Positions 54,527-62,127 of a DNA stretch of 64,000 nucleotides are shown one piece after another; position 1 is the first letter of the stretch, and every line of letters starts with the position of its first letter. The DNA lies in NCBI GenBank assembly GCA_964631125.1, contig CAZVYN010000002.1, positions 1,309 to 65,308 of the forward strand. The letters are read 5' to 3'. The DNA is from an uncultured bacterium. GTDB taxonomy: Bacteria > Eisenbacteria > RBG-16-71-46 > CAIMUX01. Position numbers and translations under genes: made by a program. Under the pieces are notes generated by a model that saw only the letters and a program-made list of their open reading frames with translations, did not search any database and was not told where the DNA came from.

Positions 54527-56755
54527 CTAGTCGATCAACACGACCGAACGGGACACTGTTCCCTTCGCTGTCCGACCACTCACGAAGTAGACGCCGGCCG
54601 CGACGCGGCGTCCATGTTGATCGCGCCGGTCCCAGTCGACCGATCCCGTCGCGGCGACCAAGGTGCGAACATGTCGTCCGTCGAGCGCGTGGATCTCGAT
54701 CTCGACCTCGGCCTGCGCGGGCTGCAGCGTGAACCGAACCGACCCGCGCGCAGGGTTGGGTTGCGCCACCAGTCCGACGGATCGATCGCTCGGTGGAACA
54801 TCGGGCGCATCCGACACGCTGACACACTGCGTCGCGAAGCTCCGGACCTCGTCGGAATCGAAAGCTCCGTAGAGCGCCTCGGACGAGTGTTCGATCGCGC
54901 GCCCCACGTCATCCGTTCGCAACGTCGCCAAGAGCGCGCCGACGTCAGGTCGTGAGAAATCGTAGACCCAGACTCGCCCGCTCGGGCTTCCGTCCAGTTC
55001 CCCACCGGATACGAAGGTCACCACCTCGGCCACCGTCACGTCGTAGGCTGACAACGGGGTGCGTGTCTCGCGCAGGAGCACGGGCGCCATCGGATCGGCC
55101 AAGGCGACGAGTGCGATGCTCCCCTGCCCCGAGAGGTCGGCCAAGCACGCGATGTAGGCGATGCCGTTGGATATCTCCACGCCCCGAGCCGGTCGCGCCA
55201 GCGACAGCGATCCGAGCAAGACAGGACTCTCCGGATCGCTCACGTCGACCAACTGCACGAACCCAACCGTCTCGCCACCGACGACGCACGCGAGCGCGTC
55301 GTCCTCGCTCGCCACCTCGACGCGGTACGCCTTGCCGGACATCGGCGTGCTCGAGGCCGTGCTGAGCGATGTCGGGATCGCGACGTCGAGGACCTGCAGA
55401 CCAAAGTCACCGTCGGCCACCAGCAGATGATCCCCGAGGAGCGCGCCGCCGTAGGCCGTACCCGGCGTGTCGAGGGCGGCCACCGACTGCGGCGCGGCGG
55501 GATTGGAGACATCGATCACGCGACACCCGGAGGCGCCGTCGCAGATAAAGGCGTACGGCGGCGCCAGAGTGACATCGTGGGCGAACGAAGGAGTATCGAT
55601 GCCGCCGAGGCTGGAGGGCGCCAGCGGATCGGCCAGGTCGAAGATGCGAAGCCCCGCATTCCCGTCCGCGACATAGAGGCGATCGTCGACCACCGCGAGT
55701 CCGCGAGCGGCGCCGGTCGTCGTCGCTACGCCGAGTTCTTCCGGCAAGTCCGGCGCGCCGAGGTCCAGCACGTCGAGAACGCCGGCGGCGCCGTCTTGGA
55801 GCACGTAGCCGAACGCGCCGCTGTGCGCGATGTCCGCGACGTAGCCGCCGGTCTCCAGAAACCCGTCGAGCGCGGGCGGCGACAACGCGGCCAACGCGGT
55901 CAACGCGACCGTCGCGCCGCATCCGTTGAGCAGGTGATCGGCCGTCAGATCGAGCGCCGCGCCGTCGCAATACCCGAAGCCGAGCGAAACGGGCGCCATC
56001 GGATCGGAGATGTCGAAGTAGTCCACGATCGAACTTCCGCCCGCGGCCAGGACCACGCCGTTGGTCTCGATCCCGATGCCGAACGAAGTCGTCGTGTAAT
56101 CGCTCAGAGGGAATCGCAACAGCTCGGTCGGTTGAGACGGCGTGCTCACATCGACGACGGCGATGAAGAGCGGCCCCTTCACTTCAGACGTGCAGGCGAG
56201 GAAGATCGAGTCTCCGACGCGCGTCAGTCCGCGCGGAAAGGCGCCGACCAACGGCAGGAACGAGATCGGGCTCGGCGCCGAAGGGTCGGTCACGTCGTAG
56301 AGCCAGAGCTGCGCCCCGACCAAGACGTAGAGCCGATTCCCCGCCGCCAAGAGGCCGCCACAGGCCGGCGCCAGGACACTCGCGCTCGAGATCGGTGCGT
56401 ACGGATCGGAGACGTCGTAGATCCGGAAGAAGTCGCCGTCGCAAACGTACAACCGCTCGTCGAGCAGATCGGCGGAGCGAGCCCAACCGGGCGTGTCGAC
56501 CAGCGCGGAGACCGCAGGTTCGTACGGGTCGGCCAGGTCGAGGACCGCGAACCCGGCGGCGCCGAGCGCGATCACGCCGCGCGGTCCCTCGACCGCGAGC
56601 TGCACCCCGCCCGGCGGACTGCCGAGCGTGGCGATGCGGTGGAGCGTGTCCCGATAGTCGATGCACTCCGCGCCGGCCGGAGAGACCTCACCCGAGAGCG
56701 GGAAGAGAGCGAGCGAGAGCAGCGCGAGCGCGCGACGGCCGCGGACCGGAACCAT
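54527..56755 (-). CDS. Secreted LVIVD-repeat beta-propeller protein with FlgD-Ig-like C-terminal domain
   Basis: The internal ATG at 56755 follows AGGAG. The signal peptide is ALALLSLALFPLSG. There are many repeats of the type LYVADGNAGLRIFDLADPLAP / GLQVLDVAIP. The C-terminus reads QPNPA...IEIHALDGRHV...GVYFVSG...VVLID. Confidence 0.8.
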   Translation of the reverse strand: MVPVRGRRALALLSLALFPLSGEVSPAGAECIDYRDTLHRIATLGSPPGGVQLAVEGPRGVIALGAAGFAVLDLADPYEPAVSALVDTPGWARSADLLDERLYVCDGDFFRIYDVSDPYAPISSASVLAPACGGLLAAGNRLYVLVGAQLWLYDVTDPSAPSPISFLPLVGAFPRGLTRVGDSIFLACTSEVKGPLFIAVVDVSTPSQPTELLRFPLSDYTTTSFGIGIETNGVVLAAGGSSIVDYFDISDPMAPVSLGFGYCDGAALDLTADHLLNGCGATVALTALAALSPPALDGFLETGGYVADIAHSGAFGYVLQDGAAGVLDVLDLGAPDLPEELGVATTTGAARGLAVVDDRLYVADGNAGLRIFDLADPLAPSSLGGIDTPSFAHDVTLAPPYAFICDGASGCRVIDVSNPAAPQSVAALDTPGTAYGGALLGDHLLVADGDFGLQVLDVAIPTSLSTASSTPMSGKAYRVEVASEDDALACVVGGETVGFVQLVDVSDPESPVLLGSLSLARPARGVEISNGIAYIACLADLSGQGSIALVALADPMAPVLLRETRTPLSAYDVTVAEVVTFVSGGELDGSPSGRVWVYDFSRPDVGALLATLRTDDVGRAIEHSSEALYGAFDSDEVRSFATQCVSVSDAPDVPPSDRSVGLVAQPNPARGSVRFTLQPAQAEVEIEIHALDGRHVRTLVAATGSVDWDRRDQHGRRVAAGVYFVSGRTAKGTVSRSVVLID

Positions 56756-56857
56756 GGATGGGACTCCTACGATGTGATCGCGCCAGACTCGCGTGCCATC
56801 GATGGTGCGATGGATCCGCCCCGTCCTGCAAGCGCCAGAGGTTGTATCCTCCCGGCC

Positions 56858-57658
56858 ATGGGGCCATCCGATGAGAGCTGGGAGCTGTACGGTTCGCTCG
56901 CGCCCCTCTACGACGCCTTCTACCGCACGATGGATTACCGCGGACAAGCGGACCTTTACGCGCGGCTCCATCGCGAACTCTCGCCGGTCGGCGGACGGCG
57001 CCTCCTCGACCTCTGCTGCGGCACCGGTCGTCACGCCGCGCGGCTGAGCGAACGGGGCTATCGCGCGGTCGGCTACGACCAGAGCCGCGCGATGCTGCGG
57101 GCGGCCGCCCGCCGGTTGGCGGCGGTGGTGCGCGGAGATCATCGGAAGATCGCGCTGCGGGGTCCGTTCGATCTGGTGACCTGCGTCGGCCACTCGCTCT
57201 TGCAGGTGCAGACACCCGTTTCGTTGCGGGAGACCCTCGCGCAGATCTTCGCGCTGCTCGCGCCGGGCGGCGTCTTCCTCTGCGACATGATCGACCGGCG
57301 CGCCGGTCTCGACTCACGCGAGCACGAGAACTTCGACGAAGAACTCGGGCTCCGCTACGGCATCCAATGGCTCTGGGACGGTTCGAGCGAATCGATCACC
57401 ACCGTCGTGCGGATGGGAATCCACCAGGGCGGCGAGGAGATGCAAGCCGAGGATCGGCACCGGCTACTCGCGCTCGAGGTCTCGCAACTCGTACGGGAAC
57501 TCGAGACCGTCGGCTTCGATGTGCACACCTATGAAGACGACGTGATCGAAGACGACGCCGAGTCCGACGCCGAGTCCGACGCCCAGTCCGACCCCGCGCC
57601 CGTCCCGCTCGATCCCGACTCCCGCCACGCCCTGCTCGCCTGCGTCCGGCCCGCCTGA
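56858..57658 (+). CDS. Class I SAM-dependent methyltransferase with acidic C-terminal repeats
   Basis: Motif I is RLLDLCCGTGRH at the expected distance from the start. The tail is EDDVIEDDAESDAESDAQSD. Confidence 0.8.
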   Translation: MGPSDESWELYGSLAPLYDAFYRTMDYRGQADLYARLHRELSPVGGRRLLDLCCGTGRHAARLSERGYRAVGYDQSRAMLRAAARRLAAVVRGDHRKIALRGPFDLVTCVGHSLLQVQTPVSLRETLAQIFALLAPGGVFLCDMIDRRAGLDSREHENFDEELGLRYGIQWLWDGSSESITTVVRMGIHQGGEEMQAEDRHRLLALEVSQLVRELETVGFDVHTYEDDVIEDDAESDAESDAQSDPAPVPLDPDSRHALLACVRPA

Positions 57659-57739
57659 GCACCACCGCTTGACGTGCTCGACAACTCGGCGCATCGTCGT
57701 CGCGCGTCGAATGGTCCCCAACCGCCTCTGAAGGCCCCC

Positions 57740-59052
57740 GTGCCGCGCTCTACCACCCGCTCGTTCTCCCCTCTTTTCGCCTTTGTCCTCACCCTCGTCC
57801 TTGCCGCGGTGATCTGCTTCGCCCCGGGGTGCAGCGACGACGACGACAAGGATCCTGACCCCACGCCGGTCGGCGCCTTCCACCCGACGGAAGACGCCGA
57901 GATCGAAGGGACGATGGACGTCACCTCCGTCCTGATCCCCGCCGGTGTGACGATCACCGTGAGCGACGACCTCGACCTGCACTGCACGGGTCCGGTGGAG
58001 ATCGCCGGAGAGATCGTCGGCGAGTGCGTCGAGATCGCGATCGAGAGCGATGAGGCCATGTCGATCACCGGTGAGATCCGCAATGCCTGCGCGACCGACA
58101 CGACGCTCCGTTCGATCCGACTCGTCTGCGACGGAGAGCTCACGTTGGTCGACGGCGAGATCCGGTCGGCGGGCGATCTCGAGATCTCGAACGATCCGAG
58201 CAAGGCGCCTGCTGCGTCGACGGAGTCTGCGTACTCACGGACGCAAAGACCTGTGCGATCGCGCTCGGCGACTACCTCGGCAACGGATCCGACTGCGTGC
58301 CGGATCCGTGTGAAGGAGGTGAGGGCGCCTGTTGTATCGAGGTGCGCACCTGCATCGTCACGACTGAAGTCGCGTGCCTCGACGAGCGCGGAACCTATTT
58401 CGGCGACGGGTCGACTTGCGAGCCGGAGAATCCGTGCGCGGGCTTCGGCGGCGCCTGCTGTCTGCCGGAAGAGGGGTGCACGTTGGGTTTCGAGAATGAC
58501 TGCGCGCTGCTCCAAGGCAGCTATCAAGGCGACGGAACCTCGTGCGAACCGGACCCGTGTCCGTCGACGCCCGGCGCGTGTTGCAGCTGGCTCGACGGCT
58601 GTGTCATGACGACCCCCGAGGCCTGCTTCGGAGAGTTCGGGGGAGTCGGGAGCCTCTGTGTTGATTGCCCGGATATCTTTATCGAAGGGTTCTGGGACTG
58701 CGTTTTCGACGTCCTACAGGATCAGAATCCGCCGCACGATCCGTTCGTCGGCGGGCGGAACATCCATTCGTTCTCGCTCTCGGGGACGGGGAACGCGCTC
58801 GGCGCCACCGGCTCCGCGCCGTTCGTCCACGGGAAGGGAACGATCTCGCAGTTGGGCGCCTTCGTGCTCGAAGGTGCGGGGACGGTGGCCGGACGACCGA
58901 ACGTCAACGTACGGTTCAGCGGCACGATCTCCGCGCGCGCGCCGGGGGCCGGTTGGGTGCTCGAGGGGGAGTATCGGTTCGGCAACACCACGGCGCCGTT
59001 CCAACTGCCCGGCGGCCCGATCACCTACTCGGTTCAGGCGACGAGGAAGTAG
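57740..59052 (+). CDS. Lipoprotein with four Cys-rich GACC repeats; reading frame changes by -1 near 58200
   Basis: The GTG at 57740 after GAAGG gives a signal and lipobox reading FAFVLTLVLAAVICFAPGC. Frame 2 is sensible to ...DLEISNDPS. From 58204, frame 1 reads GACCVDGVCVLTDAKTC...GDGSTCEPENPC and continues to the stop at 59052. Confidence 0.65.
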
Positions 59053-59090
59053 CGGCGGGAAGACATGCGCGCGACGCTAGACTCGCGCCC

Positions 59091-60275
59091 ATGCCTTCTC
59101 TCCTGAAAGGCGGGCGCGTGCCCGTCCGACTCTGGGCCCGCGTCGAGGACGTGGAGTCCGCTGCGTTGCAGCAGCTCCGCAACATGTCGAGCCTACCGTG
59201 GGTGGCGCATCACATCGCGGTCATGCCCGACGTACACCTGGGCAAAGGCGCCACGGTCGGATCGGTCGTCGCGATGCGCGGAGCGGTCTCGCCCGCGGCG
59301 GTCGGCGTCGACATCGGCTGCGGGATGGCGGCGGTTCGCACGTCGCTTCGCGCCGAGGACCTCCCGGCCAACCTGCGCGCGTTGCGCTCCGCGCTCGAAG
59401 ATGCGATTCCGCTCGGCTTCGAATCGCATCGCGATTCGGTGGAGAAGAAGCTGCCCGAACGGCTGCGTCGCGAGGTGCGGCGGCATCTGGAGAAATTCCG
59501 CGAGCTCTCCCCGGCCGTGAAGTCGCTGGAGTCGCGCGCGGTCCATCAGGTCGGCACGCTCGGCGGCGGGAATCACTTCCTCGAGCTCTGCCTCGATTCC
59601 GGCGGGCGCGTCTGGCTCCTCCTGCACTCCGGCAGTCGCAACATCGGGAAGAGCCTGGCCGAGCACCACATCGCGCAGGCGAAGAAGCTCGGGCACAACC
59701 AGGCGCTGGTCGACCGCGACCTGGCCGTCTTCCTCGCCGGCTCGCCGCAGATGGAGACCTACCGTCGCGACCTCTATTGGGCGCAAGAATACGCGCGGCT
59801 CAATCGCGCGGCGATGATGGCGCTCTATGAGGAGGTCATGCGCAGGTTCTTTCCGCAGATCTCCTTCGGCGAGCCGGTCTCGTGTCACCACAACTACGTC
59901 GCCGAAGAGACCCACTTCGGCGAACAACTGGTCGTGACGCGGAAAGGGGCAATTCGAGCGGGCCGCGGCGAGATGGGGATCATCCCGGGATCGATGGGCA
60001 CGAAGTCCTACATCGTGCGCGGCCTCGGGAATCCTGACTCCTTCGAGAGCGCGTCGCACGGCGCGGGCCGGCGCATGAGCCGCAATCAGGCGAAGCGCAC
60101 TTTCTCGCTGGAGGAGATGCGCCGCCAGACCGAAGGCGTCGAGTGTCGCAAGGATGCGGGCGTCCTCGACGAGATCCCCGGAGCGTACAAAGACATCGAC
60201 GAGGTGATGGCAAACCAGAAAGACTTGGTCGAGATCGTCGCCGAGCTCAAGCAGGTGATGTGCGTCAAGGGCTGA
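59091..60275 (+). CDS. rtcB: RNA-splicing ligase RtcB
   Basis: Motifs present: HIAVMPDVHLGKGATVGSV, VGVDIGCGM, GGGNHFLEL, HSGSRNIG, SHGAGR. Confidence 0.95.
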   Translation: MPSLLKGGRVPVRLWARVEDVESAALQQLRNMSSLPWVAHHIAVMPDVHLGKGATVGSVVAMRGAVSPAAVGVDIGCGMAAVRTSLRAEDLPANLRALRSALEDAIPLGFESHRDSVEKKLPERLRREVRRHLEKFRELSPAVKSLESRAVHQVGTLGGGNHFLELCLDSGGRVWLLLHSGSRNIGKSLAEHHIAQAKKLGHNQALVDRDLAVFLAGSPQMETYRRDLYWAQEYARLNRAAMMALYEEVMRRFFPQISFGEPVSCHHNYVAEETHFGEQLVVTRKGAIRAGRGEMGIIPGSMGTKSYIVRGLGNPDSFESASHGAGRRMSRNQAKRTFSLEEMRRQTEGVECRKDAGVLDEIPGAYKDIDEVMANQKDLVEIVAELKQVMCVKG

Positions 60276-60427
60276 CGCCGAAAGCCCTCGCTGGAAGAGA
60301 CGGCCGCGAAACGCGCGCCAGATCCGCCACTATTCTTTCGGGCCGGCTCCCGCGCTACGCTTTCCCGCACGATTCACGAGTTCGGGCCAACCGTCGTAGC
60401 GCACCCCTGCCCCCGAGGAGTCCCCGG

Positions 60428-61483
60428 ATGAAGCACGCAAAACTCTGTCACTGCCTGGTCGGCCTCGCGTCGATCGCCTCACTCGGGGCCGCACTCTCGG
60501 CCCCGCTCCCTGCTCGCGCGCTCGACCTCCCCTACTCGACCGTCTTCAGTGGTCCCAACGGCTCGCCGTGGCCCGCGCCGTGGTTCGACGGTGGGTTCCA
60601 TGTCACCGTGTGGGACTTGCAACAGAACCGTGGGCGGTTGAACGGTGACGCGACGCGGGTGGCGCGGATGATTCTGTCTGGGTACGCGGAGTTGGATGTC
60701 GAAGCGGAAGTGACGTTCGAGTTCGAGGACGTGCACAACCAGGGGATCGGCTTCTACGTGCGGCAGAACGGCGGCACGTTGCAGGAGTACCAGCCGCACG
60801 GGCAGGGGTACGCGATGTTCCTGAAGGGGAACTGGGCCTGGCCGGAGGATCTCGGACTCTGGTGGGAGGTCAACGGCGTCGAGACGCAGTTCGCGTGGGG
60901 GAACAATCCGATCGCGGGGGGACTGCAGAACGACACGCGGTATCGACTGCGCTTTCGCGTGACGCAGAGCGATCCGGCGACGACTTTGATCCAAGCGAAG
61001 GTGTGGCCAGAAGCGCTCGCGGAGCCCGGCCCGTGGACGATCGAAGCGTTCGACACGCGGCCGGAACTGCAAGGGACGCTCGGCAGCTTCGCGATCGACA
61101 TCTACAACTTCGCGGGCGCGCAGCCGATCTACATCGATGAGCTGAGTATCGTCCGCGTTCTCGAGCCGTCCTCGGCGCAAGACCCGGACGACTCCCCGAA
61201 CTCCCACGGGCCGCAACTCTCGCTTCCCTCCCCGCACCCCATCACGAGCAGCACGGAGCTCCGCTTCGCACTTCCGTCCCCAGCCACCGTCACCCTCCGC
61301 GTCTTCGACACATCGGGTCGACAGGTCGCGGCGCCGTTCTCCGAGTTCCTCGACGCCGGCGCCCATCGCCTCGCATGGACCCCGATGGACCGACGAGCAC
61401 AGTCGCTCGCCCCCGACGTCTCCTTCCTGCAGCTCCAGTCCGACGGCGCGGAAGTGAGTCGACGAATCGTCGTGGCGAGGTAG
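60428..61483 (+). CDS. Secreted concanavalin/LamG-like (DUF1080-like) protein with FlgD-Ig-like C-terminal domain
   Basis: The signal peptide is LASIASLGAALSAPLPARA. The body is a beta-sandwich-like region (YRLRFRVTQ...IQAKVWP...FAIDIYNF). The C-terminus reads SPHPI...LRVFDTSGRQV...RIVVAR. The family assignment is tentative. Confidence 0.65.
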   Translation: MKHAKLCHCLVGLASIASLGAALSAPLPARALDLPYSTVFSGPNGSPWPAPWFDGGFHVTVWDLQQNRGRLNGDATRVARMILSGYAELDVEAEVTFEFEDVHNQGIGFYVRQNGGTLQEYQPHGQGYAMFLKGNWAWPEDLGLWWEVNGVETQFAWGNNPIAGGLQNDTRYRLRFRVTQSDPATTLIQAKVWPEALAEPGPWTIEAFDTRPELQGTLGSFAIDIYNFAGAQPIYIDELSIVRVLEPSSAQDPDDSPNSHGPQLSLPSPHPITSSTELRFALPSPATVTLRVFDTSGRQVAAPFSEFLDAGAHRLAWTPMDRRAQSLAPDVSFLQLQSDGAEVSRRIVVAR

Positions 61484-61573
61484 TTGCTTCGGGTCTCACT
61501 GTTTGTGTCTGCTTCCTCGACGCGGTCGAGGCGAGCTTCGAGAGACTCTCTGCGATGCCCGCGGTGGGTGCGA

Positions 61574-61601
61574 CGCGCACTCGTTTCAAAACGAGTTCGC
61601 G
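61574..61601 (+). promoter_or_regulatory. Imperfect inverted repeat upstream of nrfH (candidate operator)
   Basis: CGCGCACTCGTTT ca AAACGAGTTCGCG pairs at 12 of 13 positions. It lies about 70-95 nt upstream of the nrfH start. Confidence 0.3.
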
Positions 61602-61668
61602 TTCCACGAGGAATCCCGACACAACTGTCTGATCAGATCGCGATTGCGCCGCGGGGCGAACGGCGTGA

Positions 61669-62127
61669 TTGTTTGCGGCAGTGAGATTCATCTTTCCGAT
61701 CATCGCGGCGGTTGTCGTGGGCGCCTCGATCGCCGCGGTCGGCTTCACGTTCGTCTTCGCGCATGGGACGTCGTATCTGTCGAACGATCCCGCCGCGTGC
61801 GCGAACTGTCACATCATGACGGAGCAATACGACGCATGGTCGCGAGGGAGCCACCACGCGGTCGCGGTCTGCAATGACTGTCACGCTCCGCACGACCTGA
61901 TCGGGAAGTACACGACGAAGGCGATCAACGGATGGAATCACTCGAAGGCGTTCACGACCGGTAACTTCGTCGAGCCGATCCAGATCACCGCGCGCAATCG
62001 CGCCATCACCGAACATGCCTGCCGATCATGTCACGCCGACTTGGTCCAGATGATCGACGCCAACCACCGTCCGGGAGGGGAACTCGCATGTCTCCGTTGT
62101 CACGCATCCGTCGGGCACATGCAATGA
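61669..62127 (+). CDS. nrfH: NrfH, membrane-anchored tetrahaem cytochrome c (NapC/NirT family) quinol dehydrogenase
   Basis: An N-terminal TM helix is present. The four haem motifs are CANCH, CNDCH, CRSCH and CLRCH. The start is TTG at 61669 or GTG at 61681. Confidence 0.9.
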   Translation: MFAAVRFIFPIIAAVVVGASIAAVGFTFVFAHGTSYLSNDPAACANCHIMTEQYDAWSRGSHHAVAVCNDCHAPHDLIGKYTTKAINGWNHSKAFTTGNFVEPIQITARNRAITEHACRSCHADLVQMIDANHRPGGELACLRCHASVGHMQ

